64,000 bases of DNA, taken from positions 32,488,001-32,552,000 of the forward strand of contig OX597816.1 of the NCBI GenBank assembly GCA_951406725.2, written 5' to 3'. Position 1 is the stretch's first letter, and every line of letters begins with the position of its first letter. This DNA comes from Octopus vulgaris (lineage: Eukaryota). The notes beneath the pieces are model-generated. The model searched no databases and was not told the origin of the DNA. It saw only the letters and a list, made by a program, of their open reading frames with translations. Both the position numbers and the translations under genes were made by a program. Shown one piece after another: positions 29,073 to 44,184 of this stretch.

Positions 29073-29600
29073 TACATGGTCTTACAGATAAATTGAGACA
29101 ATTTTTACGGTTATAAAACCGGTTATAAGTAATAAATAATGGTAGTAGACAGATATAATTTTAATGTCACATTTATTACAACAAAAAACATTTATCAATA
29201 AATAAGTCCACCCTTTTGGGCAATTACTGCCTCCACTCGTGAGGAAAAGTTGTTTTACGGCTGCTGTAAACTCCACCTTTTGATTTTGTGTGTCGCACGC
29301 ACGATGCAAGTCTTCAAACAGTTGACACTCGAGTATATTGAAGCATTGTTTGAAGTACGCCCCATAAAATGTAATCGGGAAGATTGGGATCTGACTATTA
29401 CCGGGCCATATATTGACCCTCTCAAAAATTGGCACCTTATCAACAAGGAACGCCTGTGTTGCTTTTGTCCTGTGGCATGGTGCAGAATCCTGGATAAGTA
29501 CCACGTTGTCAAGCCTAAACTTCTGGTCCATCCAAGGCACCAGACAGTTCTTCAAGATGGCAAGATACTTCTTTGTGCGGAAAATTCTGTTTTTCCGTGA
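29073..29600 (-). mobile_element. Tc1/mariner-superfamily transposase 3' fragment with one TIR
   Basis: VLIQDSAPCH...IWPGNS/DPNLPDYILWGVL, matching QD.AP.H...WP.NSPDLNP.DY..W; TA followed by catggtcttacagataaattgagaca at the end. Confidence 0.8.
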
Positions 29601-31154
29601 GTTTCTATTGTCAAATGCGTTAGCTATTTACCTGAAAAATAAAGAGGGGGATTAGACTTTAAAGCAGTCAAGGTCTTGTCAAAACAATGAACTTAAACAC
29701 ACATTACAATTAAAAACGTAGACAAAAAAATAATGAGGCTGATGAAAATACTAACCGTCTAAGTGTTTTGTAAGAGCATTTCTTTCATTTTTGGCGTATG
29801 TTAGTGTTGTTAAAATAGAGATCAGTTCTAGTTTATTATAAATAATATAGCTGTTAGTGTAGCATTGTGTAATAATTATTTGTGTATTTCGAGGTTTACT
29901 TTATTATATTCCAATAGCAGTATATAGACAAATTTGATAGTTTTGGATAAGTAGTTAACATTGCATTGCTTTTTTAATTCCTATAATCTATGCTCTGCAT
30001 TGAAATCCTACCACGCTCAAAATTCACATTTTATCAACTTACATCGACTATAATTTCAATCATGGATAATGAGTTAGTTTACTTGGTAGTGTATTAGGCA
30101 AGATACCGCGCAATCATGTTCTCGCAATATGTGTTCTGACTGCAATGTCAGGGAGTCCTTATATGGTGGCATTAATAAAACATAGTGTGAACTTAAGTCA
30201 ACACATCGGTGGCATGAATTGGAGATGCTTGCAAGCATGGAATACTACTTGTCACTCATTAAAATGGAACTAGCTTTAGCTTGCAAATGAACCCTAGCTT
30301 GCAATTAGATGTATCATCGATTTTTAACAACGGCATTATAATTAAATATTTTTGACTATGCTTTTGAGGTAGATCCGCTGCTCTTTCCGGCAGATAGAGA
30401 CTACGAGTAATGGTCCACTCACTGGCTCGTAGGAACACACCACTGTGCTGCTAGCGTGAGTAATGGGTATTTTTGTCGTTAGTTGATTAAAACGAGGACG
30501 TTAATTACCTTATCAAAAGTAATAAAAAGTTTTAAACACTCCTTCGTTTCTAATCAAAAGTTTTGTTGAAGAACAGAAATTTATCAAAGTGAAGAAAAAG
30601 TAACTAAGAACTTTATATTAATGTACTGCAAACAGGAATAAAATAACAAAATAATAACTGGTATTATGCACAGGGGTTCTGCTTATTTGATTGTTTATGG
30701 AGTGAATCTGCATATGAAGTTAAACTTGGTATGCTCACATCTGCCAATATTACTTTTCTGCTTAATGCTCATTCAATTTATTTATTAGTATGACAGGGTA
30801 GTGTAAAGGTAATGAAACCTTTGTATGCGCAGGCACTCACAGAATGTACTGGCAATATCAAGTATGTCCTTCGTGCTAAGTTTAACATATCATAGTGTAA
30901 TAGATCTATAAGCATCAATAATTACATTTCATTTCTATATTTAGAATTTTTTCTACAAATTTGTTGTTATAGTGTTTTCTTCATACATTGGGTGTCATTG
31001 TCCCTGATATATGGGGAGCCATCCATAATAGCTCCCAAATTCTATGTAATATGTTTCTCGCCTTCATGTCTATAGAATGTTTCGCACGTGTGTCTTTTGT
31101 AAGCATATGTAAATATCCTAAGAGTAGCTACTACATAAAAAAGCAAAAAGTGAT

Positions 31155-31206
31155 ACTACAATTACTACTACTACTACTACTGCTGCTGCTACTGCTGCTG
31201 TTGCTG

Positions 31207-31254
<48 letters not shown>

Positions 31255-31494
31255 ATACCTCTGCTGCTGCTGCTGGTATTGCTTCTGCAACTACTACTAC
31301 TTCTAGTACCACCACCACTACTATTACTGTTGTTGTTGCTTCTGCTGCTACTACTACTACTACTACTACTGCTGCTGCTATTGCTTCTGCAACTACTACT
31401 ACTACTACTTCTAGTACCACCACCACTACTACTACTGTTGTTGTTGTTTCTGCTGCTACTACTGCTACTACTGCTGCTGTTGCTTCTGCTGCTG

Positions 31495-31571
<77 letters not shown>

Positions 31572-31585
31572 TGTAGTAGTAGTGG
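31155..31585. repeat. Compound (CTA/CTG)n-(TAG)n microsatellite with a duplicated ~60-bp higher-order unit
   Basis: ttgcttctgcaactactact...tctagtaccaccaccactact..tactgttgttgttg at ~31279 and ~31381. Confidence 0.9.
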
Positions 31586-31739
31586 TAATAAATATAATGA
31601 TGCTTATAGATCAATTACACTATAATATGATAAAAATACCACGGATAGACTAAGTGCTCTTGCCAGTAAACTATGTAAGCGGCTGCGCATTAATAGGTTT
31701 CATTATCTTTTCACAACCCTGTAATACCAAGAAATAAAA

Positions 31740-32493
31740 TGAACGAGCAAAAAAGATGGTTACGGATGACTAAAAGATATTTAAAACAGAAAAGGAGGTT
31801 CTAATCTGTGCCGCCCAAATATAGAATAGAAAACACATCAGATATTGATAAGTGCAGAAATTGCGAACAGAATGGTGAAACCGTATAGCATATTACCAAT
31901 CGATGTACGCCACTAGATCTGAAAGAATATAATAAGAGACGTCATGACAATATAGCGAGGATTCTCACTTAGACATTTTCCAGCAAGTATGGATTTGACA
32001 GAGCAAAAATATGGTATGAACGTAAACTAGAAGGCATCATCGAAAATGGTAATGCAAAGATCCTATGGGATTTTATGATTCAGTGCGACCTTGAGATAGA
32101 GAATAGGAAGCCAGACGTAATGTCAATTGAGAAAGAAAGCAAACGATGCTGGATCATAGATATAGCATGCCCAGCTGACAGCAAGTTATGGGATAGGGAA
32201 GAATGTAAAGTATAGTGATATGAGAGGCTATCTTGGAAAGTTAAGCAGTTGCGGTCGCTGAAATAGGTATCAGTAGGACCAGTAATTGTCGGAGCCCTGG
32301 GAACAGTGGGCAAAGATCTCGAGAAATACGTGGAATAAATAGGGGGTGCCAAGATGGTGGAGAACTTGCAGAAAATAGCTTCGAACCGCCCGAATACTCT
32401 GGAAGGTGCTCGAAAAATAAGAGGTGTTTCCTTAGTTTCTTGGTAGTGAGCAGCTGACACTGTAGTACATATCCAGGTTTAGAAGCGGTGCAA
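31740..32493 (+). mobile_element. R4/Dong-type RLE non-LTR retrotransposon 3' end
   Basis: CRNC..ET..HI, RRHDNIA, KILWDFMIQCDLEIENRKPDV...IIDIACP (PD-D/E endonuclease), VGALGTV; ends in a long (TAA)n. Confidence 0.88.
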
Positions 32494-32494
32494 A

Positions 32495-32584
<90 letters not shown>

Positions 32585-32612
32585 CACAGTAATGATAATA
32601 ATATTAATAATA

Positions 32613-32650
<38 letters not shown>

Positions 32651-32652
32651 AG

Positions 32653-32742
<90 letters not shown>

Positions 32743-32749
32743 TAATAAT

Positions 32750-33960
32750 AATAATATCTTGTGTATAATAAGGATATGAAAATACGTGAGTATACCTGCG
32801 TATAATAATGATACAAGTATCTGGATATCATTGAAAGAGAGAATATGAATGAACACAATATGAAAGAAACGTAGAGGAAAAAGGATTTTTGGAGAATCGG
32901 CCTGTGCTCCAATCGAATGTAACTGGCCGCTATAAGATTAGAGCCATTAACAAGTGCACTGTGGCTTTGATGAGATATGGGGCAGGAAAAGTATCTTGGA
33001 AGCAGCATGAATTATAAGAGATAGGCCGGAGAACACGTAAATTAATGTCAATCAACAAGGAACTAGACCTAAGGGAGATGTGTCAAGATTGTATATAAAG
33101 AGAAGGGGGGGACGAGGATTAGTGTGTTGCGAAGGTTTTGTAAGGGAAAGTAGAATAGCCTGGCCTGGTATGTAAAGGGGAGTAAAAATATATGATTGAA
33201 GCAGTGAAAACATAGGGTACCCTAAATGTGAACGAAGCTGTAGATCTAATATAATTTACGGAAGGACAGATAGAGCAGAGGAATGAAATTTGGCAGGACA
33301 AGAAAATGCACAGTCAGTTCATAAAGAATGAAATTGAGTTTGATTCGAATAGAATCTGGCAATGGCTGCAGAATAGAGACTTAAATGCGCCTATTGAGGT
33401 GTTAGTGTGCAGCGTTCGTGAACGAGCTCTCAAAGTAAACTACTCTAAATATCCCGTTCATAAAATCACTGAATCGCCACAGTGTACGGTGTGGTATGAT
33501 AAGGGAGAAGAAATAAACCAAGTTGTTAGTGAATGCTGTAAACGCGAATATAACGGTGGACACGGCAATATGGCCAGATATGTCCACTGGCTGCTGTGCG
33601 GCAAAGCAAACCTTGAGAGAGCCGAACAATGGTATGAACACGAGCCATAGGGAGCAATGGAAAACGAACGTTACAAAATACTCAAGGATTTTGACATAGG
33701 GTGCGACCAAGTCACATCGGCGAGACGACCAGATATAGTGATCTACCACAAAAAGGTAAAAGAAATAATAATAATATATGTTTCCATACCAGACGATTCG
33801 AGGGGAAAATATAAGTAAACAGAAAATAGTGAGAAATTCCAGCTACTACGGGACGAGATTGGAACGTTATGGGGTTTGAGTAAAGTAATAGAGATACCGG
33901 TGGTAATTAGAGTATTAGAAGTTTCCTACGTGTTTTAAAAATGTATTAAGAACATAAGAG
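32750..33960 (+). mobile_element. Second degenerate R4/Dong-type RLE fragment
   Basis: LY..R.GGRGL, MHSQF, WQWLQNRDL, ARYVHWLLC..WYEHEP, RRPDIV; starts within (TAA)n. Confidence 0.82.
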
Positions 33961-34876
33961 CATCAGGTGATCGAATAGACAGCACTGTCACTCTTTTTCG
34001 GTAGTCATTGGCAATGGATTACATTGACTCGTGTATGTGACACGTACTATATTTTATCTACACATGAAGGTTAAAGACCTCAGTATAACTTGGAGGAACG
34101 GATTTTAACTAAGAAAAAATTATAGCTGGAGCTATTACTGCAAACCATTCGTACCAACGTACCCAGGTGTTAACCTGTTACCCAACTTCAATGCATTCTG
34201 ATATAGGTATAAATCTGGCAATTTATACTATACTAATACTTTATGTTATCACCTCTCGAAGAATTAACGAACAGTTAAACTCACGGGGTTTGAAATCCGA
34301 ACTGTGAGTTCAGGTACAATAGGGTCACAGTGATATTCCGTCGCCCTAACATTTCTGCAATAAATTCAAATCTAATCGCACAGAAATAGTAAAGCAACAA
34401 CATCATGAATAAAGATACTTTTATATATGCAAGATACTTTGAAGTGACGTATGCAATAGTTTCAATGATCAGAAAAGCTTCAATGTTCATAGATAATATT
34501 TTGAATATATGTTAATATTACCCCTATATTCAATATAATGTCTTTTCATGTCTTTTTGCTGATACACAGTTAAACCTATTTTCATGTAGCAATTAGCATC
34601 GACAACGAAGTTAATATATGCAGGGTACAACGAAACTAAGATGATGCAATCAAAAACAATGATCAAACAAATTCTGAACTCAATTCCTTAAATATTTATA
34701 GGGTATATATTGTGATATGTACGAATTTCAAACATTCGACATTTTCCTGAAAAACAAAATCCTAAAAATATAAGGACAAAATCATTTTGACAAAGAAAAT
34801 AAAATGCTGATGATAATAATAATAATAATGATGATGATGCTGATGATGATGATGATGATAATGATGATGATGATGG

Positions 34877-34937
<61 letters not shown>

Positions 34938-34962
34938 AATAAAAATAATAATAATAATAATG

Positions 34963-35031
<69 letters not shown>

Positions 35032-35034
<3 letters not shown>

Positions 35035-35555
35035 GCTTCTGATCTTAACTGATTGAAAGTGTTATCATGTACATTGTTTTGTCTTGGTATAAAAGATGGG
35101 CTACAGCAAATATTCTGCTCAATACCACAAATTTGCTTGTCAGTTGTTTGACCTTAACCAGTTGAGCATGTCCCTTAGTGACTGACGATATGTGCATCTC
35201 TGATCACGAGCAGAAGTAGTGGGGGAGCATCATAACCATGTGTTGAGAAGGATTCTTTATGATTTGAATAATTCACCTCTGGAAAAATGGGTGTTTCGTT
35301 CAACGTCCTTAAACAACCCATATTCAGGGACCTTTTGAGTGGGATGGGTTACTCGATCTGAAGAAAATTCTAACTGGGCTCCACCTGCAAAATCATGTGC
35401 TGTTTATCTTGATATGAGATCACCATGTCGCGCACATATGGTTGTGATGCATGTGCCTGGTGTACCCTTATCAGACGGGTAGTCATGATGGGTATACTGG
35501 GCTTCATATATTTTACCCCAGTGTCACTTTGATGGCATGCTCTGCTCGCTCACTC
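35032..35555 (+). mobile_element. (TAA)n-embedded ~545-bp element, 5'-truncated copy
   Basis: Lacks the first ~30 nt of the 18890 end; same 3' end (ctcactc) followed by (AAT)n. Confidence 0.9.
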
Positions 35556-35597
<42 letters not shown>

Positions 35598-35608
35598 ACT
35601 ACTACTAC

Positions 35609-35657
<49 letters not shown>

Positions 35658-35676
35658 AATAATAATAATGATAATA

Positions 35677-36115
35677 TGTCCTACTGCAACACCAATCATT
35701 GGCTCTCATGGTTTCTGATCTTAATTGATTGGTAGTGTTATCATGTACATATATTTCCTTGTTAGTTTCTTGACCATAACCAGTAGTGGGGGAGCACACA
35801 TAGCTATGTGTTGAGAGGAATACATTTTGGTTTTAATAATTCACCTATGGAAACATGGGTTGTTCGTTCAACATCCTTAAGCAACTCGTATTCATGGACT
35901 GATTAAGCGGTATGGGTTACACGATATGAAGAACTAAGCACCACCTACAATGTTATGCGCTGTTTGTATTGATATGTAATCACTATGTTGTGCACTTTTT
36001 GTAGTGGTGCATGTGTCTGGTTTAAACTTAACAGGCGGATAATAATGATGGGTATAGTGGGCTTCGAATATTTGTACCACAATGTCACAATGATGGCATG
36101 GACTACTCTCTTCCT
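35677..36115 (+). mobile_element. Older, internally deleted copy of the same element; further fragment at ~50225-50455
   Basis: catggtttctgatcttaa...gtagtgggggagca...ttcgttcaacatccttaa...tgatggcatg; flanked by (AAT/AAC)n. Confidence 0.8.
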
Positions 36116-36156
36116 AAACAGCAACAACAACAACAACAATAACAATAATAATGATG

Positions 36157-36231
<75 letters not shown>

Positions 36232-36941
36232 TTAATAATAATAATAATAATTTCATTTATTGGCCACCAAGGCAGACATATAGTAGACGTGGACAGTAGG
36301 AATTTTACGCAACACAAGGAGTACAAAATTAAAACATTAATTACTATTAAAGGCGGTTCTCCACCATGGCCACAGTCAAATGACTGAAACAAGTAAAAGA
36401 GAGAGTATAACAAGCAAGAAGAATATGATAATGAATGTACTTCAATATCGGGGTAACCACCTAGATTTGTCTCAGGCACCTGACGGAAATGTTACGGGCG
36501 AGAAAATGGAAACAACGAGGTGGTCCGGTATAATTTATATGACGGTTTCAGGTGTTTCGAGAACTAATAGTGACAGAGACGTGAAAGATGGAGGAGGACA
36601 AAATTTCGCGCAAAAAGTCAAACACCGAGTGGAAAGAATCGTAGTAGCCAATAAAGCTAGCGAGGAGGACAAGAGTGAGTTATGTGGTATACACGTTATC
36701 ATTGATACATCGGTGTATCAAACGTAATTATGTACTATCTCTATCGTTTTATACATATGTGTTTCTGTATGTATCCATATATATATATGCTTACATAACT
36801 TAAATATATGTATGTATATACATGTGTATATTATACACGCATATGCATATATATGTATATGTATGTGTATATATGTGTTGGTATATGCATTGCATCTATC
36901 TATCTATCTACCTATCTCTCTATCTCTCTCTATATATATAC

Positions 36942-36981
<40 letters not shown>

Positions 36982-37007
36982 TTGTGCGTGTGTGTGTGTG
37001 TGTGTGT

Positions 37008-37311
37008 GGAGGCGCAATGGCCCAGTGGTTAGGGCAGCGGACTCGCGGTCGTAGGATCGCGGTTTCGATTCCCAGACCAGGCGTTGTGAGTATTTGTTGA
37101 GCAAAAACACCATCCACGATGCTCCGGCAGGGGATGGTGGCGATCCCTGCTGTACTCTTTCGCTACAACTTTCTCTCACTCTTTCTTCCTTTGGCCTGCT
37201 CGCTTAGCCAGTGGGGTGGCGTTATTTGAAGGCTAAAACAATGCGAAGCGCATTGTGACCAGCGATGTGTAGCAACATCTGATAGTCTGGTCTGTCACGG
37301 TGATCACGGTG

Positions 37312-37313
<2 letters not shown>
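37008..37313 (+). mobile_element. tRNA-Arg-like SINE with the same head as 43790 but a different 3' tail
   Basis: Near-identical head to ~37190, then ttggcctgctcgcttagcc...(cacggtgat)2. Confidence 0.88.
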
Positions 37314-37358
<45 letters not shown>

Positions 37359-39809
37359 AAACAATACCTCTATGTGGCTGTAGATCTGTAGATATACAGA
37401 CAGACAGATGGATGTGTGTGCATAGATGAGTACAACTATGTGTGTGCGCGCGCGTATGTATTTGTGTTTGTGTGTGTGTATATATTTTATATGCACATGA
37501 TTATATTTGTGTGCTTGTGTATATAGTAAATACATATTCAAAAGTGTTTTCATATATTGTTTGAAAAACCAACACATAATGTAACCTATTTTTCCTTTCA
37601 ATGTAATCGTCAAAAGTATATTCACTTCTAACCGCAGTTCTTCTGACACACTCATAGACATTAGTTTCGCAGAATTGATTTCTCTACTTCTTCCTTTTCA
37701 ACGCTTTATTTAGCATCCCTATCTAAGATTGTATTATAGATTTAAACAAACATAGTTTAATACCTTCTTACAGACCGTCAGAAAAGCTGCTCTGTAGCAA
37801 AATATAGAATACAGAATATGAAATAACATATTTTCAAACATGGCATTAAAATAAGAGAAACGTCAGTCATTGGTTGACTATAATCTCTGACGATAAATTC
37901 ATTTATATTTCATTCGCATGAATGCTTCACTGAAAACACTAATCATAATTCCATTTAAAATCTAATGGATTTCATTTCTTTTCTATTAGAATCTTGGGCA
38001 AGAAGTAAATATTCATGATATTACAAATCAATAACAAAAATATTTACAGAAGTAGTAACTAAAACAAAAAGAGAATATATAAAATCACGGAGAATATGTG
38101 AAAAAAATTGTTTAATTTCTTAAGATAAAATGTTTGTCTCTAGTCGTTGCTGTCTAGTAAAGCTAATGTATATCACAAGCTAAGTGTTGAATATATTTAG
38201 TTATTTATATAAATACATTTATATTCATTAATTTGTGCAATGCCTGCAGTAAATTATGTTCATGGTAGTAAACATAATCAGGGGGAGGAGGAGAAGGAGG
38301 AAGACGAGGAGGAGGGTGGTGACGTCGTATAAACGGGAGCGGGCTGCGTAATGAGGATGAAGATTATGGAGAAAAAATTGTTTTGACTATGATTAAACGA
38401 CGATGACCATGATGAGAGGAACTTGATGAATCTGATGGCGGTGATGGTGATGATAGTGAGAATGATGAAGATGGGCACGTGATCATCATTATCATTTTCA
38501 TAAGCATCGTCGTCGTCGTCATCTTCATCATCAACATCATCAACATCATCGTCATCGTCATCATTATAATAGTCATTATCATCAGCATACGAAAAAAAAT
38601 ACGATGAAGCGAGATGAAAAAAAGAACAAGAAAACATAGGCTTCGCAAGATAACAATTATGGTTTTTTGGGTTACATTTTGCTGTATTTGGATTTATTGG
38701 ATACTATGTGTAATAGATACATGAGAGCAATTACGATAAATGTATGGATGTTAGAACATATGACAAGTATGTTTTGATGTAATGAATAAAACAATATCAC
38801 TTTATATGGAGACGAATCGACTGATAACACAATTAATTTAGCTGTGGACACTGTTTACCAAACTATTTCAATGAAATGGATGCGTTAATGAATATTATCG
38901 TACCAAGCAACGATACAAAATGACCTAGAAAAAATCGTCTGCACATATGAAAAAGATGAGAAAAAGAAAGAGAAAACAGTATGATACAGGCACCATTTTC
39001 ACACAGTCGTAAGAAAAAATCCGTTCCTATACTGTGTCTGTGATCGAGTGTGATAAAATGAAAGCAATGTTTGTATACAAGAAGCAGGTGCACTGCATAT
39101 ATATAATTGTTAAAGAGGATGACAAACAGTGAGACCGGGCAAAAACATCTGAAGTATACAATATTATTTACGCAGAATTCCTCCTAAGGAGTCATGCCCC
39201 TCTCCCTATAGCTTCGGAAAGTTCAACTATGATGTTTTATGATTCTATTTTTTTATTTTCTTTCCAACTGCTTATACTTTTACTTCCTTCCTCTATGTCG
39301 TCATCTCTTTAATAGATGCCATATTCATTTTATCTGTTTTCCATTTATTTGTCTCTGATGGCGGAATAACATATACTCAGGGATATCCCAGACACAGCTG
39401 TAAGATCTTGGATCATTTTCCAATAATAATATTGTATACGACTTGAGATAATTGCCTTACCTTAATACGAGTCGTCCACATACATCCACTGCACCGGAAA
39501 TCTGCAATGGCTCCATGACTATATTCTGGCGATAACTATGGAGTCCTATTAACCTGTTACATTCCTTACCTAGGATAACTATCCGTTTAGATCACCTGTA
39601 CACCAAATCCCCATACATTGTGTCTATATGAATATATATATATACATTTAAATAATGAGGGAGATAAATTGAATATTAATTTAATTAATACCAATTTAAA
39701 ACCAGTAGCCTAGCATACAAAAAACTGAAAATTCAGAGAACATTCTAATACATGTGTATATTTAAAGGCACACACACGCACATACATACATATGTACATA
39801 CATATATAC

Positions 39810-39921
<112 letters not shown>

Positions 39922-40699
39922 CCACCGTCTAGGCTTAAAAAACGCCCTTATTGTTGGTTTCCTTGTACTGTTTTTTTCATCATTTGTATTGCTTCTACGC
40001 CCTGTTCTTGTCACTCTTTTTTACCCCTCTGCAAAATAATTTTATTTAATTCATTTTGCAGGGAGGACTGCCTTGACTGGATCGTGTTCTGCCCTTACCT
40101 TCGAAACACGCATTGAGTCGAAACAGGGATAGCTGATGAAGGGGAAAATTCCTTGTATTGTTTGTCTTGTACTCTGTTTTTTCGTTGTTAAAAAAAGTCC
40201 GTTTCCTTGTTTGATTTTATGTTTTCTTTTCTCGTTGTGTTCTACGTTTATTTGTGGTGCCCTGTACTCATATATATATATATATATATGCATGTATATA
40301 TACATATAGATGTATGTATGTACATATATGTATGTATGTATGCATATGTTTTATTTATTAAATTGTTATTACATGTATATATATATATATCACTTGACTT
40401 TATGAATGGTCCTATTATTATTTGATTTATCTTTTCCTATGTTAATAATTTTACTAACACTGACTGTTGTATCGTGAGATAATGAGAAATATCATATATT
40501 TTCAGATGCTATGCGATGTTGATAGAATCTAGCAACTTCTGATTATGATTAGAAAATAGATGATAGTTATAATCATAATGACGAAAACGATTATGTTAAG
40601 TATGTGGATGAAATAAATTTTGTTGATACTCACCTATGAGACAGGAGGATGAACGTGCTAACACTACTGCTACTGGCGATGAAGATAACGATTATGTTT

Positions 40700-41582
<883 letters not shown>

Positions 41583-43789
41583 GTGCATAGCGTTATAATG
41601 AATTGATTTATAACAAAGCAGGTTTCTAAAACCACAGTTTCAATTTTGTTATTTTTCACCAAATATTTACATGGCGTCGTATATTGGATTATGTTGCTAG
41701 TTATGGTATTATATAAACTACTGTGTCCAATGACTATAAAGATATCGATCTTGTGAAGTATAGTATCGGTATGGTATTGACGATGTGAATAAAATCATAT
41801 CTCGTAGCGACGTTATATGGACTTTTGTCGGCTGACTACACAGAACTGAGTTAATTTAGCTGTGGAGACTGTTTAACATTTGTAATAAACAGGAAAATGT
41901 TTCAATAAATTGGAAACTACCAATATTGCACCGCAGCATTTTGAGGTAATCTATAAGTCACTCTTTATTAAGTAATTCTTGCTTTTACACATCACATTTT
42001 TTGTTCTTTGTTTTGTCTCTTTCGTGGCGTGTCTATGTACTTAATATTTTTCTCTACTTTTAATGTTTACGTTCTTGTTGTTTCGCTTTCGTTTTATGAT
42101 ACTAATGGTTTTGTTCTTGTTAGGTGTGTATTCTCGTTTAGTTGTTTTACGGTTTCTGTAGATATTGCTCTTATTATTTTCTTCCTGCTATTATCGTTAA
42201 TATTTAATATTTTTTGTATCTTTCTGTTCTGATAGTTTGAAGTTCAAATATTACCCTTTATTTTCTAGATTTGCTTAGAAGCGGGCTTGATTTTAACTTT
42301 TTCTTTTGCTTGGGATCTTCAGCAATGCTTATATCGATTGCATTGATACCTTAATGCACACATAACAATCACACAACTAGTGAGAATCCACACTATGGTC
42401 GATTTTCCAAAATAGCAGCCTTTCTTTACATCTTAGTTTGATATCTTAAAAACATGGAAGGATATGTTAAATAACATAATCTCTTAACGAATTGAAAGTT
42501 TACATACTCATATTGGGATTGCTATTAATTTTAGATAAAAGTGAACATGAGCTGTATTAATGTCCAGTGTCACAAATATCATACATGTGCACAATCAACC
42601 AAGTTAGATAATATAAAGTACATCATTCAAACCTAATACATGTTAAAAACTGAAACCAATTGCTGAATGTCGTGAACTATTGGTACAATCTACTTTCTAT
42701 ACAATGTCTTCCCGGTAAAATAACATAAGGTATAATGTTACACACTTGACAGCAAATACGTCATCAGTCAAAGATAATTTATATTTTAAACAAGTGGCAG
42801 CCTGTATATAAAACATCTGAAACAAGACATAATTTACATACTCGCAACATAGAAACACCAAAACTCACTTAATGTATACGAATCAGAAACAATGTTTCAG
42901 ATTGTTGCAACTCATACGCCTATACTCCACGGAAAAAGACAGGAAATACAAATTTCATGTAACCAAAGCCAAATTCTCAAGTGTCAATGCAGCCTACACA
43001 AATCAGGAAGTCGAATGAAGTGCAGTAGAGACATGCGACATGGTACTCCACTCATGGATTTTAGTATCACTTATTTGACAAAGCATAGTGGAGAAATGTC
43101 CTTACGAATGAATATGAGATCACGGGGATTTTGTACTGGTAAACGCGGAACCATGGAGAACACTTTGTCCTGTTTGCGAATTTTAACGCGTAAAATCTCT
43201 ATCGCTATTTCACATAGAAAAGTCAAGATGAACTACAAATCATGAAGAAATGTATTTTCCCTTAACCCTCGTTGTGTGATAATACAGGATTAAAAAAAGA
43301 TAACCGCATTTCTGTAGAAGAGATCAAGTCATATCTTAAGAATGCTTTGTAGCAACCGTAATGGAATAAAGAGAGTTATTGTAAAGGGGTGACTTTAACT
43401 ATGAATACAAGAGATATTCACTTTTCACAAAATAATCCCATTGGATGATGCGGTTTTAGAACCCGATAAAAAGTACTGAAATTTCATTATAATTATCATA
43501 AGATAATCCTGGTAATAGTGAATGCAATATATTTGAAAGCATTGAAGCTCCGATCTTGGTAACTGTGACCATCACATGACGGATAGATGCTACTCTTTGT
43601 AGTTCTGGATTAAAGATTACCTTTAGCATTATATATATGCCAGAAGTTCAACGAACGTCTCCAACATGTGTAATCAGCGAAGAGGAAATATTGGTCGATC
43701 GTAGTGTGCTACAGAATTTTATCTGACAAACATAAAAAGTGACGTCATAGTATTTCGGTCATCCTTATTAGTTATATTAGGAACCATGT

Positions 43790-44184
43790 GGAGGCGCAAT
43801 GGCCCAGTGGTTAGGGCAGCGGACTCGCGGTCATAGGATCGCGGTTTCGATTCCAAGACCGGGCGTTGTGAGTGTTTATTGAGCGAAAACACCTAAAAGC
43901 TCCACGAGGCTCAGGCAGGGGATGGTGGTGATTCCTGCTGTACTCTTTCACCACAACTTTCTCTCACTCTTACTTCCTGTTTCTGTTGTACCTGTATTTC
44001 AAGGGGCCGGCCTTGTCACTCCCTGTGTCACGCTGAATATCCCCGAGAACTACGTTAAGGGTGCACGTGTCTGTGGAGTGCTCAGCCACTTACACGTTAA
44101 TTTCACGAGCAGGCTGTTCCGTTGAATCGGATCAACCGGAACCCTCGTCGTCGTAACCGACGGAGTGCTAAGTACTTCCATCCC
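43790..44184 (+). mobile_element. Full-length tRNA-Arg-like (OR-type) SINE with perfect 14-bp TSD
   Basis: A box tggcccagtgg, B box gtttcgattcc, anticodon-like tcg; TSD attaggaaccatgt at 43776-43789 and 44185-44198. Confidence 0.95.

Noticed and set aside
29615-29660. Strong minus-strand splice acceptor (ctaat...tttttcag) followed by GT AAA TAG
   Set aside because: Could be a terminal exon, but it cannot be linked to any upstream exon.
43790-43865. tRNA-Arg gene
   Set aside because: The tRNA-like head is part of a multi-copy SINE with a TSD; the cloverleaf is imperfect.
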